The notes under the pieces are model-generated. The model ran no database searches, was not told the origin of the DNA, and saw only the letters and a program-made list of their open reading frames with translations. Of a stretch of 64,000 nt of DNA, positions 1 through 12,138 are shown piece after piece (positions within the stretch are counted from its first letter, which is position 1; the number at the start of each line of letters is the position of its first letter). Source of the DNA: Octopus bimaculoides (Eukaryota); assembly GCF_001194135.2 (NCBI RefSeq), contig NC_068990.1, forward strand, positions 59,235,386 to 59,299,385, written 5' to 3'. A program made the translations under genes and the position numbers.

Positions 1-172
1 TACTCTGAAGTGAACATGCTGAATAAAACTTTGGCATGGAACAAAGTATGGAAAGCAAAAATGATGGAATGGTCTTTACTACAATAACACCAACATCACC
101 AACAATAATCTGGTTTACAGTTTTCGCTTTATGGTACTTGTTCCAACCCTTTAACCATTCATCCACCCATTG
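1..172 (-). CDS. candidate exon of an unidentified antisense gene, runs off the window edge
   Basis: Strong acceptor (tttttttcctttttttacag|CAA). Only the phase-0 frame stays open to position 1: QWVDEWLKGWNKYHKAKTVNQII... Confidence 0.4.
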
Positions 173-332
173 CTGTAAAAAAAGGAAAAAAACAGCAATT
201 ATTATTACAAGGTATTTATAGATTAGTTATATTAGAAACTGTTCTCCAAGAGCAGAGAGATCAAAAGGCTTTGCCACATTTCATTTGTGATAGCTTTGAT
301 ATTATGAATTTGGTTCATTCATTGCCTAAAAC

Positions 333-454
333 CTGATGTTGGGCAGGCAAAAATTCATTCCACCATCCATTGAATAATAGACAATCAATAGTCATAACAA
401 AATTTATTGGTACATTAAATGATTGGAGTATTGATCTTAATTGTCTTAAAAACT
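333..454 (-). CDS. candidate exon of an unidentified antisense gene
   Basis: attcag|AG...CATCAG|gtttta (weak donor). Open frame EFLRQLRSILQSFNVPINFVMTIDCLLFNGWWNEFLPAQHQ, phase-compatible with the candidate exon at 1-172. Confidence 0.35.
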
Positions 455-566
455 CTGAATAGATGTGGCAAGCAACAAATAGTGCAGCAGAGCTATGTAT
501 ATATATATATAAATATATATATAGTGTGTACATATGTGCATGCATGTGTTATATATGTATATATAG

Positions 567-814
567 GCATGGGAGTGGTTGTGTGGTAAGAAGCTTGCTT
601 CTCAACCATTGGGTTCAATCCCACTGCGTGGCACCTTAGGCAGGTGTCTTCTACTATAGTTTTGGGCCCACCAAAGCCTTGTGAGTAGATTTAGTAGGTG
701 GAAACTGAAAGAAGCCCGTTGCATACATATGTATGTATTTGTGTGTCTGTATTTGTATCCCCACCGTCGTTTGACAACCAATGTTGATGTGTTTACGTCC
801 CTGTAACTTAGCGG
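567..814 (+). mobile_element. tRNA-derived SINE family A (representative; many more copies, e.g. 17290-17925, 18053-18612, 19170-19630, 22630-23210, 37838-38140, 46430-46760, 51530-51865)
   Basis: GGCATGGGAGTGGTTGTGTGGTAAGAAG head, GGTTCAATCCC B box, GCACCTTRGGCARGTGTCTT CORE-like block, recurring throughout the window. Confidence 0.85.
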
Positions 815-848
815 TTTGGTATATATATATATATATATAGATATAATG

Positions 849-896
<48 letters not shown>

Positions 897-1334
897 NNNN
901 NNNNNNNNNNNNNNNNNNNNNNNNNNNNNNNNNNNNNNNNNNNNNNNNNNNNNNNNNNNNNNNNNNNNNNNNNNNNNNNNNNNNNNNNNNNNNNNNNNNN
1001 NNNNNNNNNNNNNNNNNNNNNNNNNNNNNNNNNNNNNNNNNNNNNNNNNNNNNNNNNNNNNNNNNNNNNNNNNNNNNNNNNNNNNNNNNNNNNNNNNNNN
1101 NNNNNNNNNNNNNNNNNNNNNNNNNNNNNNNNNNNNNNNNNNNNNNNNNNNNNNNNNNNNNNNNNNNNNNNNNNNNNNNNNNNNNNNNNNNNNNNNNNNN
1201 NNNNNNNNNNNNNNNNNNNNNNNNNNNNNNNNNNNNNNNNNNNNNNNNNNNNNNNNNNNNNNNNNNNNNNNNNNNNNNNNNNNNNNNNNNNNNNNNNNNN
1301 NNNNNNNNNNNNNNNNNNNNNNNNNNNNNNNNNN

Positions 1335-1382
<48 letters not shown>

Positions 1383-2832
1383 GCTGTATATGTGTGTATA
1401 TATATATGTGTGTGTGTGTGTATATAATTATATATATATATATATATATATATAATGTATGTGTTTGTATATCATCTCATTTAATGTCCGCTTTCAATGC
1501 TGGCATGGGTTGGACGGTTTGACTGAGGACTGGAGAGCCAGATGGCTGCACCAGGCATCAATCTGATCTGGTAGAGTTTCTACAGATGGATGCCCTTCCT
1601 AATGCCAACCACTCTGAGAGTGTAGTGGGTGCTTTTACATGCCACTGGCACAAGGACCAGTCAGGCGGTACTGGCAACTGCCACGCTCAAATGGTGTTTT
1701 TTACGTGCCACCAGAAGCACTGGCAATGACCTCACTCGAATGTTGTTTTTCACATGCCACCGGGACAAGTGCTAGTAAGGCGATGCTGGCAACAATTACG
1801 CTTGAATGGTGGTTTTTACGTACCACTCGCATGGGAGCCAGTCAGCAGCCCTGGCAACGGTCATGCTTGGATGGTGCTATTAGCACTCCACTGGCATGGA
1901 TGCCAGTCATGCGGTGCTGTCATTGAATTTGATTTCGATTTCATTTGCCTCAACAGGTCTTCGCAAGCTGAGTTTAGAGTCCAATGAAGGAAAGGTATGT
2001 ATAAGTGGGCTGGTTACACGCCTAGCATAGGCCACAGGCTATGGTCTCACTTGCCTTGCCAGCACTTCTCAAGCACAGCATATTTCCAAAGGTCTCGGTC
2101 ACTGGTCATTGCCTTAGTGAGGCCTAATGTTCGAAGGTCGTGCTCCACCACTTCATCCCAGGTCTTCCTGGGTCTACCTCTTCCACAATGTATGTGTATG
2201 TATATGTATATAATGTGTACATATATATATATAATGTGTGTGTATGTATGTATGTATATATATAATGTGTATGTATGTATATATAATGTGTATGTATATA
2301 TATGTGTATGTATGTATGTATGTATATATAATGTATATATGTGTATGTATATATATATAATGTATTTGTGTATATATATATATATATATATATATNNNNN
2401 NNNNNNNNNNNNNNNNNNNNNNNNNNNNNNNNNNNNNNNNNNNNNNNNNNNNNNNNNNNNNNNNNNNNNNNNNNNNNNNNNNNNNNNNNNNNNNNNNNNN
2501 NNNNNNNNNNNNNNNNNNNNNNNNNNNNNNNNNNNNNNNNNNNNNNNNNNNNNNNNNNNNNNNNNNNNNNNNNNNNNNNNNNNNNNNNNNNNNNNNNNNN
2601 NNNNNNNNNNNNNNNNNNNNNNNNNNNNNNNNNNNNNNNNNNNNNNNNNNNNNNNNNNNNNNNNNNNNNNNNNNNNNNNNNNNNNNNNNNNNNNNNNNNN
2701 NNNNNNNNNNNNNNNNNNNNNNNNNNNNNNNNNNNNNNNNNNNNNNNNNNNNNNNNNNNNNNNNNNNNNNNNNNNNNNNNNNNNNNNNNNNNNNNNNNNN
2801 NNNNNNNNNNNNNNNNNNNNNNNNNNNNNNNN

Positions 2833-2878
<46 letters not shown>

Positions 2879-3565
2879 ATTTATTAAAAAGATTACATAC
2901 AAATGTTTCAGCGTTTTATAAAGGTGAATTATAACTGTATATATGGAAGTATATATAAATATGTTTGTGTTTGTGTGTATATGATGTTGAGTGAAAAAGT
3001 AGGAGTAAAAGAAAGACAGTATTGACATAGAAAATAAGAGATAAAAATAGTTTTTGTGAAAGACTGGGTAAAAGAGTTGTAGGGATTAGTTGAGAGAGAG
3101 AGAGAGAAAAAAATAGAGGGGAGTGTTGAGATGCATTGAATGTTCAAACCTAGCTTATTACACAATATTTATTAACTGTTTTACATAAATCAATAACATT
3201 TTCTTTCAAAAGTCTCAAAATTGTTTTCTGCTTTAAATAACTTTTGATGACTTGTGCATTTTTATTATTTTGAATCTGCACCTCCCTCCCATCCTACCCC
3301 CAACCTTTCTGTTGTATCTGCAGGTTAGTAATGGTGGTTGTCTGTGAAGAAATACAAAAGTAGGGTGATATATATTGATCAGCATATGAATTCTCTGGTT
3401 GTCTGTCGAAAATAGATGGAGATCAAAGAAGAAGAAGCACAACACTGGGAACTGAGGACAGTTTTTTTTCACTAAGTTGTTTAACACTCAGTAGTCATGT
3501 TATGATTTTGTTTTTCTAGCTGGTGACCCTGTTGGTACTGGAGCAGGGTTAAAGATCACTGGTGA

Positions 3566-3970
3566 TGGTGTTGTTAATAAACGCTGGTGATGGTGTCACA
3601 TAAAATACACTGGTGATGGTACCGTTTAAAAAGCATTGGTAATGGTGCCACGTAAAAATCACTGGTGATGGTGCCACATAAAAAGCACTAGTGATGGTGC
3701 CACGTAAAAATCACTGGTGCTGGTGCCACATAAAAAGCACTGGTGCTGGTGCCATGTAAAAAGCACTGGTGCTGGTACCACATACAAAGCACTGGTGCCA
3801 GTGCCATGTAAAAAGCGCTGGTAATGGTTCACATGAAAAGCACTGGTGATGGTATCATGTAAAAAGCCCTGGCAATGATGCCATGTAAAAAGTGCTGGTG
3901 CCACACAAAAAGCACTGGTAAAATGCACTGGAGATGGTGCCACCTAAAAAGCACTGGTGATGCTGCCACC
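3566..3970. repeat. minisatellite, about 27-bp unit CACTGGTGATGGTGCCACATAAAAAG
   Basis: About 15 degenerate units; the unit resembles the GTGCCACGTAAAAAGCAC segment of repeat family C. Confidence 0.85.
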
Positions 3971-4656
3971 TAAAGCATTTTCTTCTGTAACACAATGAAA
4001 TAATACTCTGCTGCAAGCATTTAGGCCAGGTGTCTGATCTATGGATAACAGTTTTTGGAGGCCATGAAAAGGGCCACGAGCAATCCTCTAAGTCAGGAGA
4101 CCCTAAAAACTAAGCCACAGACCAGTATTGGACTGTGGATTATTTGGTCCTGTGCTGTACAGAAAGAATAAATTGTAAAATTTATTTCGATTTTTTTAAC
4201 TTTTGCAGTCTGTAGAATATTTTTGCATTTTATATGTAAAAATTGAAATTTATATTATGCACTTTGTGTTTTGTTATGCATGTGATCCCCTGGACCATGG
4301 AAAAATTGTCTTGCATGAAACTGGTTCATGGTACAAAGAAAGATTGGGTACTGTTTCTCTAAGTTATGTAAAGAAATATATATGTATATATATATGTATA
4401 TATATATAAAGTAAAGATTTAAAAATAATTTTTTTAAAAATTTGGTTTCTAACTTGGTATGGCTAGAATTAAATTGCTTGTAATATCAAACATAACAAGT
4501 GTTATGATGTATGGAGCTAGGAGTCTGTCATTCAATATGAATAATATCAAAGCTTATGTATATAAATAATATTAATCCTAATACTTTTATAAATCAGGTA
4601 TTATTCTAGCTGTCAGATAGGAGTTGAAACATATATTTTCTGCTGGTAGAGAAAGA

Positions 4657-4730
<74 letters not shown>

Positions 4731-5261
4731 GATATATATATTGTAGAGTAAGTGGATGTGTGGTAAGTAGCTTGCTTACCAACCACATTGCTGCGAGTTC
4801 AGTTCCACTGTGTGNNNNNNNNNNNNNNNNNNNNNNNNNNNNNNNNNNNNNNNNNNNNNNNNNNNNNNNNNNNNNNNNNNNNNNNNNNNNNNNNNNNNNN
4901 NNNNNNNNNNNNNNNNNNNNNNNNNNNNNNNNNNNNNNNNNNNNNNNNNNNNNNNNNNNNNNNNNNNNNNNNNNNNNNNNNNNNNNNNNNNNNNNNNNNN
5001 NNNNNNNNNNNNNNNNNNNNNNNNNNNNNNNNNNNNNNNNNNNNNNNNNNNNNNNNNNNNNNNNNNNNNNNNNNNNNNNNNNNNNNNNNNNNNNNNNNNN
5101 NNNNNNNNNNNNNNNNNNNNNNNNNNNNNNNNNNNNNNNNNNNNNNNNNNNNNNNNNNNNNNNNNNNNNNNNNNNNNNNNNNNNNNNNNNNNNNNNNNNN
5201 NNNNNNNNNNNNNNNNNNNNNNNNNNNNNNNNNNNNNNNNNNNNNNNNNNNNNNNNNNNNN

Positions 5262-5304
<43 letters not shown>

Positions 5305-5491
5305 AAAAGTGTATGTATATATATATACTCTTTTACTTGTTTCAGTCATTTGACTGCGGCCATGCTGGAGCACCGCCTTTAGTCGAGCAAATCGGCCCTG
5401 GACTTATTCTTTGTAAGCCTAGTAATTCTTCTATCGGTCTCTTTTGCTGAACTGCTAAGTTATGGGGACGTAAACACAGACATGATGGGGA

Positions 5492-6300
5492 CAAATCAGC
5501 TTTCTATAATAGCAAAAATCTAGCACAAGTTATAGCTGCACACAACAATAGTAAATTTAAAAGTCCCCATATGGATAGTAGCAATAGTAGTAACCAGAAT
5601 TGTAATTATAGATCAATAAATAGCAACAATGTCAACATGAGTGGACAAACCATGTGTGACACAGCTGGGTATCAGGATAGGAAGTATAGTTTGACAACCA
5701 ATGGAGTTGAAGAGACCTGAGGGAGCTTCACAGTTGGCCTGGAAGTAGTGGATATGAATCCTAGAGGGCAAAGTACTCGGTGTTGTCTCTATGGGGAGGA
5801 CTAATAGCTTAAAAGATAGACAGGAGAATATAAAAATCACATTTAGAGTAGGTGAAGTGGATGATAGTGATGGAAGTACTAGAACTATTAGTTGTGATTG
5901 TGCAAGGTACAGGGCCTGTCTGCTTAGCTCTGATTATAAACAAAAATATTGTATACAGGTGTAAGATTATCTCAGAGAATAGAGAATATTTCTATAAAGG
6001 AGTTGGCTCATGTAATATAAAGCAGAGAATTGCCACCCATTTAAATTTGTTTAGAAATAGGGACAAAATGAATACTACCAACCTTAGTAAGCTAATTTGA
6101 GCACTTAAAGATAGTAACAAGTGTTTTCAATTGCTTGGGAAATTATTAGTAAAGCAAAGCCTAAAAAAATAGGCGATAATAGATGTAACTTTTGTGTGGA
6201 GGAAATGTACCAAATTTTCTTTTCTAAATATGCTATTATAAACACTACACAGGAACAGGCTATGAGATGACCACATTGGATTAAAATATATGTTTAAACA
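5492..6300 (+). mobile_element. degenerate Penelope-like element (Naiad-type) GIY-YIG endonuclease remnant
   Basis: Translates to KSAFYNSKNLAQVIAAHNN...KNIVYRCKI...YFYKGVGSCNIKQRIATH...NTTNLSKLI*ALKD / IAWEIISKAKP...RCNFCVEE...IINT...MR*PH, matching the PLE GIY-YIG with C-terminal CxxC...CxH; has stops and a frameshift. Confidence 0.75.
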
Positions 6301-6832
6301 ATTTTATAGAAACAAATTACCATCTATAATAATTATACTAGTTAACATAATGACTGTGGTGATTAATGATATTTTTGCAAACAATACTAAAATGATTTTA
6401 ATAATAATATTAATTGAGGGTATAAACCCAAACATAAATGAATTACCTCTGAATAAATAATGTACTCCATACAGTAAAATGTAAACAAAACTGTTACAGT
6501 TGATTGTAATATGAATGAACATTTTAGAAACCATGATTCAATTGTAATACCAGGAGAGGTGATTGTAAGACCAGAATTCAATTTAATTTAAAAAATAATG
6601 CTAAAACCTTTTAACTGAATACCAATGCAGGCAGCCTGTTTGAATTTGTTTACTTTGAAAATGTCCTAATGGACCCTTGATAAAATTGCAGTGACTAGGA
6701 TGCATAATGGCATATGGAGCAATGTGTAGTTGCTGCGATTGAAACATGGTCATTGTTATATATGCTGTAGAAAACGTTTTTAATAGAAAAATTTTGGATG
6801 TGAATTTCCACTCTCCTCTCTTTGTTTTCAAT

Positions 6833-6868
<36 letters not shown>

Positions 6869-8559
6869 AGTGCAAACACACTTAGAAGATATTTGTGTGT
6901 GTAAATATCTATGTATGCATTATATAAAATATGAATAAAGATAAAAATATCATTGAAATGTAGATATTTGTCTAAGATTTATTAATGTATGTGTTTAATT
7001 AATAAAGCAATATGAATGGTGTCAAAAGTATTCAGATGGATGTATATACACAAGTGACATTTCTCATGCATGTGTGTGTTTGTGTGTGTGTATGCACGTG
7101 CAAGTGCAGACAAAGCTATATGGTTCAGTTTGCAAACCAGATACTTCCAGGCATGATGGGAGTGGGCACCACTTTGAGTGATTGTCTCTTCCATTGTAGT
7201 CTTAGTTACACTAATACCTTGCGCGTGGAACTGAGATGATGAAAACTGTATGGAAGCCTGTCATGTATGTGTGTGTTTATGCTGTATCCATGTTTTGTCC
7301 TATTATGCTCTTAATGAATCTACAAACAGAAAAATAAAATAAAACCTAAACTGAAAGTGGAGTCAATAGGATCAACTAAAGCCTTTTAAACTTATGCCCC
7401 AGCATGGTCATGATCTAGTAAATAAAACCTTAAAAGGATCACAAGAATATATTAAATGTATGTAAATATGTAGAATACATGGTGTATTCCTGTAGCTATG
7501 TTTTGAACCTACTTTTTCTGATTGCTTTCACTTTACATACAATACCATTGAAATGTTGCTGGGGTTGACTTTGCCATTCATCGTTTTGAGGTTCATTAAA
7601 TAAGTACCAGTCAAGCACTAGGTCAGTGTAATCAATATACTCCCTCCTCTGAAATTGTTAGCCTTGTGCCAAAATTTGAAACTATACAATATCATTATGA
7701 AATGAACCTATTGTCACACTACATGTTGTTTCTCCGTTGATCATTCTTTGAAGCACCTGGACACCTCATTGGGGATGTTTCCTAGGAACGTTAGGTGTTT
7801 CAGGTCTCTCAACATCAGGGATCCTCACGTAGCTGACCCAGTCAGTGTTGATCAAACCATGTCACCTATGGCCCTTGAAAGGATTTTGATTTTCCCAGGA
7901 ACAAATATTAAAGTTTTTTGCTTAGTTAACCCATAAACATAATATAAATATCATTGTCATTTACAGTTCGCTTTCCATGCTGTATGGGTTAGATTGTTCG
8001 ATTGGAACTGGTTAGCCGGAGTGCTGCATCAGGTTCCAGTCTGATTTGGCATGGTTTCTATAGTTGGATGCCTTTTCTAACACCAACCACTCCAAGAGTG
8101 TAAAAATAAAACAATTATATTTAGAATATAATATAAATATGATTCTGTTTTACATGATCACAATACACTATATATGGTGTCTTGAGTCCAAATTTCCACT
8201 TTGTGTCAGTCCCAGGAAGTAGGACCATCTTATATGTATTAGATACTTTCTGTGAGGGCACGTTTTCAGATGAAATTGTTCAAATGTGTAAATAAAAACA
8301 GTATCACTATGGTTTAACAAGAAATCCATGCTAATTACCTTCTCATTAAAAAAAAAAAGTTTTCTTGTAGGGTATGTATTTTTTCAAATCTTTGGTGCTT
8401 AAACACAAATTTAGTAATTAAAGACCTGCTAAGGCAACAGTTTATGCATTGTCATGTGTCTTCTTAACATCTTAAATAATGATATTTTATATAAACCAGA
8501 TATTTACAGGCACTATGATACTTGTTGAATAATTTGAGTTTTGAAATTAAAAAAATCGA

Positions 8560-9198
8560 TGAAAATCTCCCATGGGTATGAATTTCAAAATGAAGATGGT
8601 AAAAGCTGCTGAAATTTTCAAGATATTTGAATACAAGATCACTTCTTTATCAAGCACAGTGGGAAACCATTTTGTCTCATCTGCCTAGAAAATAGCATTG
8701 TGAAGACTAGGAAATAATAGGCAGACATTATAAAATCTGTCATAATGAAAATTTTAACAAGTTTATGGGGCTGGTGAGAAGAGATGAAGTTGAGTGACTG
8801 GAAGCTAGTTTTAGAGAAGTGACATCACTTACAGCATAAATAAAAGAAATATTTGAGTCAACTAAAAATTTTCAAAACGTTTTGCAGAAAAGATGAAATC
8901 TTTTAGAGACGGTGTTTGTCAAAAAATGTTTGCTGGCAGTAGCAGATAGGGTTTATCCTGAAAAGAAGTTTTTTTATTTGCATATAACAGCCTGTTTGCA
9001 AGATTGATTACATGACGAGTTGAAGAAACTTCAGCAGATTTTAAAAATTTCTCTGAGGGACACTTGCAGCCAGCTGCAATTTTTTGTTTTTCAATTGCAC
9101 TTGATGAGAGTACAAACTTGAGAGACACTGTTCAACTTGCTATGTTTGCGCAGGCAGTGACCTTAGATTTTCAAAATTTTTAAACTTTGAAAATAATA
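8560..9198 (+). mobile_element. hAT transposase remnant (SPIN/GTF2IRD2-like)
   Basis: Fragments FIKHSGKPFCLICLE, KSFRDGVFVKKCLLAVAD and FSIALDESTNLRDTVQLAMFA; boundaries approximate. Confidence 0.75.
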
Positions 9199-9474
9199 CA
9201 GTTCTATATTTAAGAGATGAAGAATTATGTACATTATTTACATTTGACGAATATTTGTCTTCATCTTGTTTGTTGTTAACACAACGTTTCGGCTGATATA
9301 CCCTCCAGCCTTCATCAGGTGTCTTGGGGAAATTTCGATCCTGGGTTCTCATTCCTAAGGTATTTTTCGATGTTGTTATTATTATTATTATTATTATTCA
9401 GGTCACTGCCTGGAATCGAACTCGGAATCTTGGGGTTAGTGGCCCGCGCTCTTAACCACTACACCATATGCCCA
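9199..9474 (-). mobile_element. tRNA-headed SINE-like element carrying a hammerhead ribozyme module (copy 1, intact core)
   Basis: A box TGGTGTAGTGG, B box GAGTTCGATTCC, internal (AAT)n, then about 180 nt shared with the copy at 27058-27339. Abuts the end of a hAT remnant. Confidence 0.85.
9278..9323 (-). ncRNA. minimal type-I hammerhead ribozyme
   Basis: GACAC-CUGAUGA-A-GGCUG(GAGGGUAUAU)CAGCC-GAAAC-GUU-GUGUU: stem I GACAC/GUGUU, perfect 5-bp stem II, palindromic AACGUU stem III. Confidence 0.75.
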
Positions 9475-9677
9475 TATAATGACAAATATTGCAAATAGTG
9501 AAGAACAGAGTTAGCAAATTATTTTAATACTTTAGTTACACCAGTTTCATCATTATTTAATATAATCAGTCTTGCATAATGCTGTAATCATTCCAGCAAC
9601 TATTGATTAATATTTATATGCTATGTATGTTTGAATTATTTCTATTTTCCCCATTTTCTCTCTTTTCTGTTTTTTAG

Positions 9678-9989
9678 CTTTCATCTATGCGACTGCTGCA
9701 TTGGGTCCTGTTGTTGGTTATGCCCTTGGAGCTCTACTCTTGCAGTTTTATGTTGATTTGTTTTCCTACAATGTTTCTCTGACCCCTTCAGATCCTCGTT
9801 GGATTGGGGCCTGGTGGGGTGGCTTCATCATCTGTGGAGTAGTTCTAATCCTTATGTCCCTTCCATTTTTTGCATTCCCAAAAGTCCTCAGTAGAGAAAA
9901 GCGCAAAATTTTGGAAAACAAAAGCAAAGAGCTTCTTCTTAATGAGGAAGATCAGGTAGCCAATAAAGAATATGGCCGAACCATAAAAG
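9678..9989 (+). CDS. SLCO: SLCO/OATP organic anion transporter (SLCO5A1/3A1-like), first exon visible in window (internal exon)
   Basis: Acceptor ttttag|CT, donor AAAG|gtaagt. Encodes (A)FIYATAALGPVVGYALG...DPRWIGAWWGGF...FFAFPKVL, including the OATP signature DxRWxGAWWxGF. Earlier exons were not found in 1-9677. Confidence 0.95.
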
Positions 9990-11379
9990 GTAAGTTATTA
10001 ATATTTACTGCTCTTTCACCTCTCTTCAGCTCCATTATTGGTAAATATTATAATAATTTTTTTCATTTATATACATAAATACATGTATTTTTTTTACTTC
10101 TTTATTTAATTATCAAAATTTCTTCCTCTGAAGAAGGTGCTGGTTTCTAACAAAGATATAAAGCTCCATCTATGGAATGTAGGTAAAGACAACAATGTTA
10201 CATTTTAAACCCAAGGAAAGTCTTGCATAGATTTTACTGTTCTATTTACAGATTGTATTTGTAATGTGTGAGTCAGTTGGTCGATTTCTTATTCTGAAAA
10301 TCCTACCTTATCCAGACTGATAGTTATGTATTTATGTACAAAAACCAAGTGCACCAATTATTATTGGTACAAATGTAAATTTGTAATCCAGATATAAAAG
10401 CTGGGGATTTCAAAGCAGTTTATGCATGGATGGATGGATCGATGTATGGATGTGTATAATTATGTATGTAAATATGATTGTGTATATGTGTATCATCATC
10501 ATCTTCATTTAACATCCATGTCCCATGCTGCCATGGGTTGGATGTTTTGACAGGATCTGATGGGTCTAAGGACTGCCTCATGCTCTAGTGTATGTTTTGG
10601 CATAGTTTCTACAGTTGGATTCCTTTCCTAATGACAACCACTTCATAGCATGGACTGAGGGCTTTTTTTTCATACTGCTAGCACTAGTGATGTTGTGGTG
10701 CAGTGCACATAACTAAAGAGATATCCTGGGATGGGTGGGGCACATTGGCAAGAAAATTATAAAGAAACTGATAGTTGAAATAACGCTTCATAGTATTTAT
10801 TGTCAAAGCTGCACAGACACTCCTTTGTTGGTTTTGTCATCAAAAATGCAATAAACCAATGTTGGTGCATTGCAAACCTGTAACAGAATTGTGCTCTTGT
10901 TTACAAAGGACATGATATATAAACAGTACAAAATAAAAATATAGTATAGATACAACACCAACTTTTCAGGTGCTGATAGTCTAGAACCTCTTATAATCTG
11001 CTCTGATTTAAGAGCAGGAATTTCAAAATCCCATGGCTGTCAGATCAGTTTACTGAGTGGCCCTGTTTCACAGTACCTTGCACAGTACAGTATTAATAAA
11101 CTTTATACTAATGTACAAGTACTTATATTTCATTTAATTATTTAAGTAAATTTTGCATTTAATTTAAAGGTGACCACCCCCGGTTTGGAAAAATCAGTAA
11201 CTTGGAATGGCTTTGGAAGCAAAGGTTCCAGAAAATCAATGTTATATACCTGGTGTTATGTATAAAGCACTGGTGATGGTGCCACATAGCAAGCACCCAG
11301 TATACTCTGTAAAGTGGTTGGTGTTTGGAAGGGCATCCCACTGTAGAAACCATGCCAAAGTAGACAGTGGAACCTGATG

Positions 11380-11436
11380 CAGCTCCTGGCCTTATCAGCT
11401 CCTGGCCTTATCAGCTCCTGGCCTTATCAGCTCCTG
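11380..11436. repeat. 16-bp tandem triplication CAGCTCCTGGCCTTAT inside a family C repeat
   Basis: Three exact units plus a partial unit. Confidence 0.9.
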
Positions 11437-12104
11437 TCAAACTGTTTAACCCATGCCAGCATGAAAAATGGAGTTAAATGATGATGATGTTGCTGGTTGT
11501 ATTTAGAGAATCTTGTTTTTTTTTTTTTAGCCAATTTATGTGGAGACTCTTTCAGGATCGGTTCAGTTTTATTCAATTAAAAAATCTTATATCAAAGAAT
11601 TACCAGAAGACTAATAATCAACCTTATTTGATGTTAGTTGCTATGGCTATTTTGGCCACAAGTCAGCTCCGATTGAGAAGACTTGTGATCAAAGCCATTC
11701 CAGTTGAAACTATTCCATCATTTTCCCAGGAACACATCATCTGATGTGTCCTTCATTCATGTTTTAAGACCACATGTAACTTGAGGTAGTTATGGCTGCT
11801 GTTTCTAACAAACTGGTGAAGTCCAGAGTGGATTTCATTTACCTTTATACTCTTTTACTTCTTTCAGTCACTGGAATGTGGCCATTTCAGAGCACCATCT
11901 GGGAGGATTTTAACTTAATCCTTTTGATCCTAGTACTTTTTTTTCTCTTTTTAAGTCTGGTACACTTTGTTGGATTATGATATATTGTCAAAGATCACTG
12001 CTTTATGAGAAGCATTGACTTAAAAACAGTCATCGAGACAAGCATAAACAAACGCTCTCTATCTATCTATCTATCTGTCTATCTATCTATCTGTCTATCT
12101 ATCC

Positions 12105-12138
<34 letters not shown>

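Noticed and set aside
3566-3970. Regular repeat array as CRISPR-like
   Set aside because: Units are directly adjacent with no unique spacers, in eukaryotic DNA; it is a minisatellite.
816-5450. Long ORFs of 180-296 aa in the ORF track (also 41151-41879, 44535-44918, 60483-60978, 61514-61832)
   Set aside because: They are read-through of N gaps and (TA)n/(TG)n microsatellites (X and YI/CV runs), not coding sequence.
6300-6600. AUGA...AA...GA patterns as a SECIS element
   Set aside because: The stems between the motifs pair poorly by eye; this needs a SECISearch run on a family consensus.
7748-7936. 62-aa ORF as an upstream SLCO exon
   Set aside because: No OATP similarity in any frame and no matching splice sites.
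9410-9474. tRNA-like heads as real tRNA genes (also 27058-27125, 54232-54290)
   Set aside because: No complete cloverleaf acceptor stem, and they continue into repeated SINE bodies.
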